Shown: positions 37,676-48,114, counted from the first letter of the stretch. The stretch: DNA of 64,000 nt from an uncultured Bacilli bacterium (GCA_934101185.1 CAKOQD010000001.1:25681-89680), one strand, 5' to 3'. The notes: generated from the sequence alone by a model not told the origin. A program made the numbers and translations.

Positions 37676-40600
37676 ATGTCTATTGATCCACAAACACAAG
37701 ATATTAATCGTGCTTTATATGAACTAGTAAAGAATCAAATAAAACCAAGTGATTATTCACTAAAAATGGCTGAAATATATTCTGATAGATTGTTTGAAAT
37801 ACCTAAAATTGAAAATTATGATTATAATGAAATCAGATTAAGAGATATGAAAATAAACTTTAATGAAGGTAAAGTCAGTTTAAAAGAAATTGTCAGGAAT
37901 TGGGAATTATTTAAAGACAAAGATTTAAGTTATTGTTTATTAAATGATGAGAATAATAAAAATAATATTATAGATAGTTCATTAAAAAAATTTATGAATA
38001 ATTATGGTACATTAGCGCCTTTAATAGTAGAAAATAATGATATATATACATTTATTGATACCATTTCTAATACAACTTCTGACGAGGAAAAATATAATTA
38101 TTTAAAACAATTTACTGATGATATATTAAGCAATACTTATAGAAAATATGGAGATTACAGACCACCTATTGAACTAACAGATGAACAATTTAAAGAAATA
38201 TTTAAGTACTCATCAATGGAAGAATATTTAAAAGTATTTAATGAATATAGTGCAATACCTGTAATAGAAGAATTAAAAACATTACCCCAAGACTATATTT
38301 TCAATATGTCAATTCCGTTTCAAGAATTATTAAACTCTGATGTTTTATCTTTCATTGGCACATATGGATTAAAAAACATTGTTGATTTCGATAATGAATG
38401 TGGTCATTTCTTCACAAAAAATAATTGTGAAATGTTAAAGCTGATGGATGATATGTATTTACATTATTCAAATAATGAACATGATCCTAATAAAACAATC
38501 CATACAAAAAAGTATAAAGATGAAAATGGTAATTATATTGATAGACCATATACTAAAGATGAATTCTATGAAGCAATGAAAAGAATGATAATATATGGAC
38601 CTAGTGATTGGAATTATGTTGATAAAGCTCCAGATTATAGAGATATGACAGGAGAATTCAGAACTAGAAATACAGAGTTATTTATTTCAGAAGAAGCACC
38701 AGAAGATTTACAAAAAATGTTTTATACAAAGTCTATTACTCCTCGACTATTATTAGAGCATCCAGAATATATTCAATTCTTAAACGGAAAAGATTTAAGT
38801 TCATGTTTAAAAAATAGAGACATACAAGTCAAAGGCAGTAATGCATTAGATGGATATGAGAATATTTATAAATTCCTAGGTAATAAAACTGACTTTAATG
38901 GAGTTATGAATTTTATTACTGAATACAGTGATGTTTTAGATATTGTCTTCAATAAAAGAATACCAGGCTACTATCAATATGAGATAGAATTTTCAATTAA
39001 TGATGATATAGACCAAATTCAAAGCAAAATTCATGAAACTTTAAGAAAACTTATTATTGAAAAAAGATTGACTTATCCTACACATATTCCTAAGAATTTA
39101 AGCGAAAAATATCCAACTATGTTTTTAGATAAAAATGCACCTCAAGAATTACAAGAAGCTTTTTATAGTAGAACAATATCATCAGAGTTTATTTTGTCAA
39201 ATCCATCATATAGAGAATATTTAAAAAATGTTGATTTAGAGGTTTTATTTAAATATATGCCTGTAAACATTGCAAATGAAGAAGATAGATATGAACAAGT
39301 TAATTTAGTTAGTGGTATTAAACAAATATTCGGTTCAGATGATGCCTTTGATGTAATGTCTATATATGGAAAATATATTGAACAAGTATATGAGGCAAAT
39401 AACCTTAAAAACTTCTTATATAATCCAGAGTTTACGCAAGATGGTTTTCTTGATGAACTTGATAAAACCATATTACAGAATATTATTGATGGAAATATGA
39501 AGTACGATGAGAATATTCCCAGTCATTTCAAAAATAATAATCCAACTTTATTCTTAGGAGCAAATGTGCCACAAGAAATAAAAGATAAATTCTATAATAG
39601 AGAATTTACATTAAAAGATTTTAACGATAATCCAGAATTATTAAATATATTTGAAAATACGAATATAGCATGTGCTTTTTCAGAAAATATGTCTTGGATT
39701 ATTCCATTATTTAATGATTCTGAAAATTTTAAAACTGGAAACTATAATCGTATGAAAGTTATATCAGAATATTCTAAAATACAAGATGTTGAACTTCAAA
39801 AAGAATTTAAAAAATATGTTATAGAATTTAAAACTAACATTAATGTAGAAAAAATAGAATATGTTTCAGAAGTTTTGTCAAGACTTTCATTATCAAATTC
39901 AAGTGAAATATTTACATTTAGAAAAGAACTTGCTACGCAAATATTAAAATCTAATAATCCTTTAGAAAGCTTAGGTAAGATCGAAGATATATTTATAAGA
40001 AATAATATTCCAACAGTTGGTAAAATATATTCTTGCTTTGAAATACTACATCCAGATTTTCAAGGTTTTAATTTTGAAAGTTCTATGGTTTCACCAGTAT
40101 TAAAAAAGTCATCAACAAAAAATAAAAAAATAATAGTTTTTTCAGATTTAATAAAATGTTCTTTCGGATCCAATAATAAGTCTGTTAATGCATATTTAAA
40201 AAATATAGAGTTTGGTTCTAGTCTATATGAAAGTATAAAAACTGGACAAATTCAATTTGATACACTTGGTGAAATAGAAAAAAGAAAATTAATAATATTT
40301 AGCAATCATTTGGCAACATTATATAATAATACAATGAAAGCAAAAATGGGAAACGAAATGTTTATATCTAGTGGAGATGTTTTAAATGATATTTTAGAAC
40401 TTTCAAAAAAACTCTCTCCAGATGGGACATTAGATTATAATTTAGCAGATAGAGTTATTCGAATGTTCTGTGGATTTACTGGAATTGACACATTAGAACA
40501 AGCTAAAGAATTTATTGAACAAAAAGTTAAAACAGCTGATTATAGAAATAGACATGCTTCTAACTCAGATATGATATTAGAGCAAGGAGATTTCATTAAA

Positions 40601-42019
40601 GGAATTGGCGATATTAAATATTTAAGAAATATTTTACAAAATGGTAGTGTTGCAAAAGAGTACTTAGGTTCAAGTGCTACTAGTGATGCAACTCCACTTG
40701 ATACTGATATTTCAATGATAATGAGTTCAGACGGAACAATAAGTGAAAAAATGGGTGCAACTATGGCTTCAAGTTATGGGCCTATATGGTTTGTACTTAA
40801 AAATGATGATAGATTTATGACTACTAGAACTAGTAGTGAAACATTAGAAGCAAAAAGAGATATATCCAAAATGGAGGTATTTTATACAGGAATTTTAGGA
40901 CAAGGACATTATGGAATTAGAACAGGTTTTGCTTCAAGTGAAATTAATTATATTGTTATGGAAAACTATGATCCAAGAGTTGGATTAGAAATAGCAATGA
41001 ATGGCTTTTACATTCCTGTAGCTAATAAAGAAGGTAAAATTGTATTTACTCCAAAAGATTATGATGAATTAAGAACTAAAATGAGTGGTTTATCGTATTT
41101 TGATGAGAATAATTATACTTTCTCTGAAAATCTAATTACAGAAGAAACAGAATATTTTGCCGAGCAAATAGAACAAAGCAATTATGAAGTTCAAGCAAAA
41201 AGAGAAAAGATTAATAGTATTATTAAAAAATCTCTTGAAGAATTAGGATTGCATTTAAAAACTAATATTGATGGTAATTTAACCGAAGGATTTGTAGAAT
41301 TAATTGATACTGGTTCAACTGGAAGAGGAACAAATAAACCTGGCGATGGGGATTTTGATTTTATGATGAGATTGGATAAAATAATATTATCAAACCCTTC
41401 TAGACTAAATGAATTAAAACAAACTATATTAAGAAATCTTGGTAGAGAAAATTCCTCTGAATTAACAGGAACTGGAGATTTTAGATTAAAGAGTGTTCAA
41501 ATAGATAGCAATACAAGTGTAGATATTGATATTACATTTACTGAAAAAACAGATAAAGTATCGTATTCTACTGATATGGCATTACAAGATAGACTTGCTA
41601 CTATTCAAAGAAATGACCCTGAAAAATATAAATATGTTGTTGCCAATATATTATTAGCTAAACAAGTACTTAAAAAAGCCGAAGCATATAAACCTAATCG
41701 TGGTGAAATTCCTCAAGGTGGTTTAGGTGGAGTTGGAATCGAAAATTGGATTCTTCAAAATGGTGGTTCATTCATTGATGCTGCTAAAAGTTTTGTTGAG
41801 TCTGCTAATGGAAAAAGTTTTTCAGAATTTCAATCAACTTACCAAATATGGGATTTTGGAGAAAATCATCTAGCCGAAAGAAGAGGATTATATTCACATG
41901 ATAATTTTGTTTCAAATAATATGAGTGAAGCAGGATATCAAAAAATGGTTCAAGCTTTAAAAGAATATTTAAAATCTATGGAGATTTCACAAATAGATAC
42001 TGAAACTATAAAACGATGA
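37676..42019 (+). CDS. giant (1447-aa or longer) cytoplasmic repeat protein with C-terminal Pol-beta-superfamily nucleotidyltransferase domain
   Basis: 'DTGSTGRGTNKPGDGDFDFMMRLD ... SVDIDITF' is the NTase G[ST]x9-13DxD signature plus a third Asp. Three units of about 145 aa repeat ('AP(E/Q)(D/E)LQ..FY(T/S)(K/R)(S/T)I...'). The frame is open upstream to 37448, and an RBS plus ATG lie at 37412 in the same frame, interrupted only by TGA at 37445. Confidence 0.8.
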   Translation: MSIDPQTQDINRALYELVKNQIKPSDYSLKMAEIYSDRLFEIPKIENYDYNEIRLRDMKINFNEGKVSLKEIVRNWELFKDKDLSYCLLNDENNKNNIIDSSLKKFMNNYGTLAPLIVENNDIYTFIDTISNTTSDEEKYNYLKQFTDDILSNTYRKYGDYRPPIELTDEQFKEIFKYSSMEEYLKVFNEYSAIPVIEELKTLPQDYIFNMSIPFQELLNSDVLSFIGTYGLKNIVDFDNECGHFFTKNNCEMLKLMDDMYLHYSNNEHDPNKTIHTKKYKDENGNYIDRPYTKDEFYEAMKRMIIYGPSDWNYVDKAPDYRDMTGEFRTRNTELFISEEAPEDLQKMFYTKSITPRLLLEHPEYIQFLNGKDLSSCLKNRDIQVKGSNALDGYENIYKFLGNKTDFNGVMNFITEYSDVLDIVFNKRIPGYYQYEIEFSINDDIDQIQSKIHETLRKLIIEKRLTYPTHIPKNLSEKYPTMFLDKNAPQELQEAFYSRTISSEFILSNPSYREYLKNVDLEVLFKYMPVNIANEEDRYEQVNLVSGIKQIFGSDDAFDVMSIYGKYIEQVYEANNLKNFLYNPEFTQDGFLDELDKTILQNIIDGNMKYDENIPSHFKNNNPTLFLGANVPQEIKDKFYNREFTLKDFNDNPELLNIFENTNIACAFSENMSWIIPLFNDSENFKTGNYNRMKVISEYSKIQDVELQKEFKKYVIEFKTNINVEKIEYVSEVLSRLSLSNSSEIFTFRKELATQILKSNNPLESLGKIEDIFIRNNIPTVGKIYSCFEILHPDFQGFNFESSMVSPVLKKSSTKNKKIIVFSDLIKCSFGSNNKSVNAYLKNIEFGSSLYESIKTGQIQFDTLGEIEKRKLIIFSNHLATLYNNTMKAKMGNEMFISSGDVLNDILELSKKLSPDGTLDYNLADRVIRMFCGFTGIDTLEQAKEFIEQKVKTADYRNRHASNSDMILEQGDFIKGIGDIKYLRNILQNGSVAKEYLGSSATSDATPLDTDISMIMSSDGTISEKMGATMASSYGPIWFVLKNDDRFMTTRTSSETLEAKRDISKMEVFYTGILGQGHYGIRTGFASSEINYIVMENYDPRVGLEIAMNGFYIPVANKEGKIVFTPKDYDELRTKMSGLSYFDENNYTFSENLITEETEYFAEQIEQSNYEVQAKREKINSIIKKSLEELGLHLKTNIDGNLTEGFVELIDTGSTGRGTNKPGDGDFDFMMRLDKIILSNPSRLNELKQTILRNLGRENSSELTGTGDFRLKSVQIDSNTSVDIDITFTEKTDKVSYSTDMALQDRLATIQRNDPEKYKYVVANILLAKQVLKKAEAYKPNRGEIPQGGLGGVGIENWILQNGGSFIDAAKSFVESANGKSFSEFQSTYQIWDFGENHLAERRGLYSHDNFVSNNMSEAGYQKMVQALKEYLKSMEISQIDTETIKR

Positions 42020-42352
42020 CTTATAATGATAAGCCATCGTCTTTTTCTTTGTCTTTCCTTGTATAATAGAATTCTTCAGCAGATTCTTCCATTTCTTGAT
42101 TAATTTGTTTAACAAATTAAATCCTTTAAATCTTCTTTATTATTTTCTTTTAACTTCAGGATCATATTATTGCTTAAAATATTTTAAACCTAAACCACTA
42201 TGATTAAATAAATGGTCAACTATTGTCTTAATAAATTCTGGTAAATTTTGAAAGACTTTATTTAAGTGATTAATAAGATAAACTGTTTTTTCTTTTAAAT
42301 TTCTATATTAGTTTACTTACAATATTAATCTTAATAAAATTCTTTCTTAACA

Positions 42353-42385
42353 CAAAAAATATCAATTTCTTTTAAAAATTGATAT
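42353..42385 (-). terminator. intrinsic terminator after ppdK and tRNA-Cys
   Basis: ATATCAATTT / AAATTGATAT 10-bp stem followed by T6 on the minus strand. Confidence 0.6.
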
Positions 42386-42431
42386 TCTATATATTAAGTT
42401 CAAACTCTAAAAGTTTAAAGAAACTTTTTAA

Positions 42432-42505
42432 TGGAGGAGCTAACCGGATTTGAACCGGTGCTCAAGGTTTTGCAGACCCATGCCTTACCGCTTGGCTATA
42501 GCTCC
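42432..42505 (-). tRNA. tRNA-Cys (anticodon GCA)
   Basis: Acceptor GGAGCTA/TAGCTCC, anticodon loop CTGCAAA, T-loop GGTTCAAATCC, encoded CCA. Confidence 0.9.
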
Positions 42506-42589
42506 ATCAAGTTGTAAATTAATTATACCATTATAATTATATAATTACAACATTTTTTTATGCGTTTTTCAAAAGAAAAAGACTAGATT

Positions 42590-45205
42590 CTAATCTAATC
42601 TTTCACGAATTACACTTTTCGCTGCGGCAAGACGCGCTATTGCAACACGGTAAGGACTACATGATACATAATCAAGACCTAATTCATTACAGAAATAAAC
42701 AGAAGAAGGATCCCCACCATGTTCACCACATATACCAAGTTCAATATCAGGATTAACACTCTTAGCTTTTTCAATTGCAATCCTCATAAGAGAACCAACT
42801 CCATTAGTATCAAGTCTCATAAATGGATCATTTAAGAAAATCTTCTTATCATAATAATCATTCAAGAATTTTGAAGCATCATCACGAGAAAAACCATAAG
42901 TCATTTGAGTCAAATCATTCGTACCAAATGAGAAAAACTCTGCTTCTTTTGCAATCTCATCAGCCATAACAGTAGCTCTAGGTACCTCAATCATTGTACC
43001 AATCATATATTTAATAGAAACATCACTAGAACTAATCATATCATCACAAACTTCTTTAATAATATTTTTAATATACTTTAATTCATTTACATCTCCCACT
43101 AAAGGAACCATTATTTCAGGTTTTACAACAATTCCATTTTTACTACAAGAAATAGCAGCACCAATAATTGCTTTAGTTTGCATAACAACTATCTCAGGAT
43201 ACGTAATAGAAAGCCTACAACCACGATGCCCCATCATTGGATTAAACTCTTTCAAACTAACTATCTTCTTCTTTAAATCTGAAGCACTAATACCAAGAGA
43301 ATCAGCCAAAGTAGCAATATCACTATCTTTACTAGGTAAAAACTCATGTAAAGGGGGATCAAGAAGCCTAATAATAACAGGATAACCATTCATTACATTA
43401 AACAAATCCATAAAATCATTCTTTTGATATGGAAGAATTTCCATAAGAGCTTCTTCCCTTTGTTCCTTAGTTTCAGAAACAATCATCTTTCTAAAACTAA
43501 ATATTCTACTCTCATCAAAGAACATATGCTCAGTCCTACAAAGACCAATACCCTCTGCACCAAAATCTCTAGCAACTTTAGCATCTCTATAATTATCAGC
43601 ATTAGCTCTAACACCAAGCTTTCTAATACTATCAGCCCAAGACATAAAAGTTTCAAAATCTCCACTTATCGATGGTGCAACAGTATCAAGTTTTCCAAGA
43701 TATACAAGGCCAGTCGAACCATCTAAACTAATATAATCTCCCATAGAAAGAACTGTACCACCTTCACATGTAAGAGTCTTATTAACATTATCAATACTTA
43801 AACTACCACATCCAGAAACACAACATGCACCCATTCCACGAGCAACAACTGCAGCATGAGAAGTCATACCACCACGAATTGTAAGAATACCATTACATAT
43901 TGCCATTCCTTCGATATCCTCAGGACTTGTTTCAAGTTTTACTAAAATATAATCATCATCTTTATTTTTTATATCCTTAACATCAAAAATAATCTTACCA
44001 TAAGCCGCTCCAGGAGAAGCTGCAAGTCCTTTAGCTATCACTTTTCCTTTTTTAAGAGATTCATTATCAAACGTATCATGAAGTAAGCTATCAAGCAACT
44101 TTTCATCAACTCTCATAAGAGCTTCTTCCTTAGTAATTAAACCTTCATTAACCATATCAACTGCAATCTTAACCGCAGCCTTACCAGTTCTCTTACCATT
44201 TCTAGTTTGTAACATATAAAGCTTTCCATTTTCAATAGTAAACTCCATATCTTGCATATCTTTATAATGTTTTTCCAAAATATCACATATCTTACAAAAC
44301 TCCATATAACAATCAGGCATTACATCTTTTAAAGTATCAATACCAAGCGGAGTTCTAATACCCGCAACAACATCCTCACCTTGAGCATTAATCAAATATT
44401 CACCAAATAAAACATCTTCACCAGTCGCAGGATTTCTAGTAAAAGCAACCCCAGTACCAGAATTATCATTCAAATTACCATAAACCATTTCTTGAACATT
44501 AACCGCAGTACCCCAAGAATCAGGTATTTCATTCATCTTTCTATAAAAAATAGCCCTATCATTATTCCAAGACCTAAAAACAGCCTTAATAGCCTCAAGA
44601 AGTTGAACCTTAGGATCACTAGGAAAATCTACTCCCGCAAGCTTCCTATACTCACTCTTATAAATATCAACAACTTCCATAAGATCAGATAAAGACAAAT
44701 CACTATCCTTAGAAATACCCTTATCTTCCTTTATCTTATCAAAAAGCCTTTCAAAACTAGACTTAGGAAACCCCATAACAACATCAGAAAACATCTGAAT
44801 AAAACGACGATAACTATCATAAACAAATCTACCATTCGAAGTTTTCTCACTAAATGATTTAACAACCTCATCATTAAGACCCAAGTTAAGAACAGTATCC
44901 ATCATCCCAGGCATACTAACCCTAGCACCACTTCTTACACTAACTAAAAGAGGATTTTCTAAATCACCAAACTTTTTACCAGTATACTCCTCAAGTTTTT
45001 TTATCTCACTAAATATTTCCTCTTCAATCGAAGAATTAATACTACAATCATCTTCATAATACCTTAAACATGCATCACAAGAAACAGTAAATCCCATAGG
45101 AACAGGAAGCCCTAAACCAACCATTTCTGCAAGATTTGCACCTTTACCACCAAGAATATCCTTCATATCCTTGTTACCTTCTTTAAAACTATATACGTAT
45201 TTCAT
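42590..45205 (-). CDS. ppdK: pyruvate, phosphate dikinase
   Basis: 871 aa. 'GGKGANLAEM', the phospho-His region 'GGMTSHAAVVARGMG' and the C-terminal PEP-utilising TIM-barrel block 'GICGEHGGDP' are present. Confidence 0.95.
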   Translation of the reverse strand: MKYVYSFKEGNKDMKDILGGKGANLAEMVGLGLPVPMGFTVSCDACLRYYEDDCSINSSIEEEIFSEIKKLEEYTGKKFGDLENPLLVSVRSGARVSMPGMMDTVLNLGLNDEVVKSFSEKTSNGRFVYDSYRRFIQMFSDVVMGFPKSSFERLFDKIKEDKGISKDSDLSLSDLMEVVDIYKSEYRKLAGVDFPSDPKVQLLEAIKAVFRSWNNDRAIFYRKMNEIPDSWGTAVNVQEMVYGNLNDNSGTGVAFTRNPATGEDVLFGEYLINAQGEDVVAGIRTPLGIDTLKDVMPDCYMEFCKICDILEKHYKDMQDMEFTIENGKLYMLQTRNGKRTGKAAVKIAVDMVNEGLITKEEALMRVDEKLLDSLLHDTFDNESLKKGKVIAKGLAASPGAAYGKIIFDVKDIKNKDDDYILVKLETSPEDIEGMAICNGILTIRGGMTSHAAVVARGMGACCVSGCGSLSIDNVNKTLTCEGGTVLSMGDYISLDGSTGLVYLGKLDTVAPSISGDFETFMSWADSIRKLGVRANADNYRDAKVARDFGAEGIGLCRTEHMFFDESRIFSFRKMIVSETKEQREEALMEILPYQKNDFMDLFNVMNGYPVIIRLLDPPLHEFLPSKDSDIATLADSLGISASDLKKKIVSLKEFNPMMGHRGCRLSITYPEIVVMQTKAIIGAAISCSKNGIVVKPEIMVPLVGDVNELKYIKNIIKEVCDDMISSSDVSIKYMIGTMIEVPRATVMADEIAKEAEFFSFGTNDLTQMTYGFSRDDASKFLNDYYDKKIFLNDPFMRLDTNGVGSLMRIAIEKAKSVNPDIELGICGEHGGDPSSVYFCNELGLDYVSCSPYRVAIARLAAAKSVIRERLD

Positions 45206-45283
45206 ATTTAACCTCCTACTATAATTTTACCAAAAAAATGAACCAAATAAAAGAAAAACAAAAAAATAAAAGCCAAAAGACTT

Positions 45284-46063
45284 CTATTTAGTATTAATAT
45301 TTATATCTCCTACTCCACCATCTATCTCAATAACATTACGACCAGTTCCTAAAACACTATCCTTAACAACATCAGTACCATTAACCTTAACAGAACCAAT
45401 TCCTAAAGACAAATCAAGAGATAAATCTGACATATCATTAAAAAGATTAAGAACAAGCTTACCAACACCACAATCAACCTCACTAGAACCATTAATAAAA
45501 GCATTAATATTGGTATCACCTGCACCCATATCATAATCTAAATTATTAATATTACCATTCTTAATAACAAACTTACCAGCTCCTCCATCAATCGAAGTAT
45601 CATTATAAACAACTAAATCATTAATAACTACATTACCTACTCCAATATCAAATGAAAGATTCTTAGTAACAAGCTTATCAATATTAACACTACCAAAACC
45701 AGCATCAATCAAAACATCATCAAAAACATAAGAAGAAGGAACAATAACAGTAACAACATCTGACATATCAAAACTAAAATGACCCTTTTCTTTTATAGTA
45801 ATCTTATTATTATCATTATTAACACTTATATACTTACTATCAGTAGAAACATCAAAACTATCTCCACTTTTAATCTCTAATCTACTAAACTTAAGAGAAA
45901 CATCCAAATAATTTGAATTCAAAGAAACATTTCTATCATTACTAGTCACAAAAGAATTACCAATCGATAAAACAATATCAATCAAAAAAGAAAATATACT
46001 AAATATTAAAAGAAAAGCAACCCCTATACCAAAATACTTAACTATCCTTTGAGTACTACTCAT
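45284..46063 (-). CDS. LiaG/DUF4097-like beta-helical putative adhesin
   Basis: TM anchor followed by repetitive 'D.G.G.V.I' beta-strand periodicity. It overlaps the LiaF-like gene by 4 nt. Confidence 0.4.
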   Translation of the reverse strand: MSSTQRIVKYFGIGVAFLLIFSIFSFLIDIVLSIGNSFVTSNDRNVSLNSNYLDVSLKFSRLEIKSGDSFDVSTDSKYISVNNDNNKITIKEKGHFSFDMSDVVTVIVPSSYVFDDVLIDAGFGSVNIDKLVTKNLSFDIGVGNVVINDLVVYNDTSIDGGAGKFVIKNGNINNLDYDMGAGDTNINAFINGSSEVDCGVGKLVLNLFNDMSDLSLDLSLGIGSVKVNGTDVVKDSVLGTGRNVIEIDGGVGDININTK

Positions 46064-46737
46064 TTAATCTCTACTCCTCCAAATAAACAAGTAGCATTAA
46101 TATAAATAGTCTTATTCTTTGAATCAAAATCTCTTTCCTTCTTTTCTACTCCTCCAAAAATAGAAGTAGAAACAACCTTAACATTAACATCACTAGGTAC
46201 AATAATAGTAATACCTCCAAAAACACTAAGAGTATTTATAACAACATCATTCTTAATATTACTCTTAAAAATATTACACTTAATACCTCCAAAAACCGCA
46301 GTCATATCACAACCACTAAAATCCTCATCAGAAAAATCCAAATCCTGTCCTGAAAAAGTAGCACAATACTCCTTATTAGAACCTTTCTTATTAAGTTTTT
46401 TAACCTCTTTTCTTACTTTACTAGACACCTTATCCTTAAATATAATAGAAAATCCAATAATAACAAGAATAACAGGTACAATAAGCTTAAACAAAATATC
46501 AAAACCAATAATATCTTGACATCCAAGCAATAAACAAACTCCCACTAATAAACCAATAAAACTACCAGTTTTATCCTCATCACTAAGTAACCCAATAAAG
46601 CAAGGAACAATTATAAAAAGTGTCCACCATCCTGCAAAAAATATATTGATATCAACCAAACCAGTTGCATTAAGTCCTAAAATAAGACCCAAAACAATTA
46701 AAACAATCCCCCATAAAGTATTTGAAATATTCTTCAT
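46060..46737 (-). CDS. LiaF-like cell-wall stress membrane protein (DUF2154-type C-terminus)
   Basis: 4 TM helices ('LWGIVLIVLGLILGL') plus repeated 'FGG(I/V)' C-terminal strands. Confidence 0.45.
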   Translation of the reverse strand: MKNISNTLWGIVLIVLGLILGLNATGLVDINIFFAGWWTLFIIVPCFIGLLSDEDKTGSFIGLLVGVCLLLGCQDIIGFDILFKLIVPVILVIIGFSIIFKDKVSSKVRKEVKKLNKKGSNKEYCATFSGQDLDFSDEDFSGCDMTAVFGGIKCNIFKSNIKNDVVINTLSVFGGITIIVPSDVNVKVVSTSIFGGVEKKERDFDSKNKTIYINATCLFGGVEIK

Positions 46738-46815
46738 CTTATCACCTCTAACTTAATTATACACAATTAAAAATAAATGTCAAATAAAAAAATTCCCATA
46801 ATCAGAAATTTTTAA

Positions 46816-48105
46816 TTACGAAACACCTATAATATAAGGATTATCCAAAGTTCCAGTACCAGAAAGATATTTAACACCATTATCTAAATAGAAAACTGGT
46901 CTAGATGTATGAGAATTAACACTATATCTAAATGCATCTAACGTTCCTGTTGACTTAATACCATTTGCATAATAATGTGAACATCCATTACAATAAACTG
47001 AAATAGTCCATTCATCTGTATCAACACTTGTATCATTATTACTTTGATGTAACCAAGACTTTAGCAACGGATAAGATTTATTTCTCCATGCAGTAGTTTT
47101 TATTCCAACACTACCAAGAGATAACCCAATATCTGAATCATACATTAGCCCAATTTTACTACTAGAAGTACTTGAGCTCAATTCTTTTTTGTAAGCAGCT
47201 TCAAATGTACTACTATAACTCATTACTACAGCATAATTCCAATCAATAATAGATGAATACCAAGAAGTATTCGTACTTAAATAAGGATAAGAAGAAGTAT
47301 TTGTTAAAAAATGCGGACCATTTACATTAGTTCTTATTAAACTAACATCCCAACTAGCAGTGCTATTTGTAGCATACCATAAACTCTTATTCTTCAATTG
47401 CTTATACTTAATAAGCTTTACATGATTAACACTATTTGAATCCTTAAAGACCCCTATAATTCTATACATATATGTATCAGGATTATTAATACAATCACTC
47501 TTGTTATCAGTACCAAAACAAACATAATTATCTGGACTTAAACCAGTATATCTATAACCATCATTTGTAAGACCAGATTGCCATACCATTCTTTTTAAAA
47601 TAATATGTTCTGCTAAATTTTCCTCTGAAACAACAGTAATAGTTTTATTAAGTACATCCTTAGTATAAGGGCTAATAGTCTTAACACTTAACCCAATACT
47701 TTCTTGCTCATTAAACAAAGCACCCTCTCTCAAAGCAAGTTTAAGAGTATAATTTTTTGTAGTCTTTGCTCCACCTGCAATTGTAATATTCATTTTATTA
47801 TCATCAGATATTTTATCATCTACAACTAAACCAAATACAGAAGAATCAATACTAACTTCAAAAACAGTATCCAAATCAGTCTCATTTGAAGAAACATAAT
47901 TATTAAGTACAAGATCAATAATCAATGACTGATCATCTTCTTTTACATACTTATCGTATGAAACATCAGAAGAGTTATACATCTTATCACTAGTTATTTG
48001 AGTACTCTTTGAAACATCAAACTTATACCTAGCACCAGTATATGAAGTTGAGATAGATAAAAATAATATAACTACAATAATCATTAAAAACTTTTTATTC
48101 ATCAA
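46816..48105 (-). CDS. secreted protein with TasA-type N-terminus and C-terminal DUF1566/DUF6273-like domain (AT-rich, not variable)
   Basis: 'STSYTGARYKFDVS' N-terminus, plus 'YVCFGTDNKS...MYRIIGVF', 'IGLMYDSD' and 'SRPVFYLDNGVKYLSGTGTLDNPYIIG'. It is the last gene of the sipW operon. Confidence 0.65.
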   Translation of the reverse strand: MMNKKFLMIIVVILFLSISTSYTGARYKFDVSKSTQITSDKMYNSSDVSYDKYVKEDDQSLIIDLVLNNYVSSNETDLDTVFEVSIDSSVFGLVVDDKISDDNKMNITIAGGAKTTKNYTLKLALREGALFNEQESIGLSVKTISPYTKDVLNKTITVVSEENLAEHIILKRMVWQSGLTNDGYRYTGLSPDNYVCFGTDNKSDCINNPDTYMYRIIGVFKDSNSVNHVKLIKYKQLKNKSLWYATNSTASWDVSLIRTNVNGPHFLTNTSSYPYLSTNTSWYSSIIDWNYAVVMSYSSTFEAAYKKELSSSTSSSKIGLMYDSDIGLSLGSVGIKTTAWRNKSYPLLKSWLHQSNNDTSVDTDEWTISVYCNGCSHYYANGIKSTGTLDAFRYSVNSHTSRPVFYLDNGVKYLSGTGTLDNPYIIGVS

Positions 48106-48114
48106 AACATCTCC

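Noticed and set aside
46830-47000. VR-like segments in the other DUF1566/DUF6273-like domains (the 3' end of 46816-48105, and about 55960-56080 in the N-terminal domain of 54486-56918).
   Set aside because: They are homologous in position to the 28082-28198 patch but are AT-rich with ordinary codon usage. They show no downstream GC hairpin, so nothing marks them as diversified.
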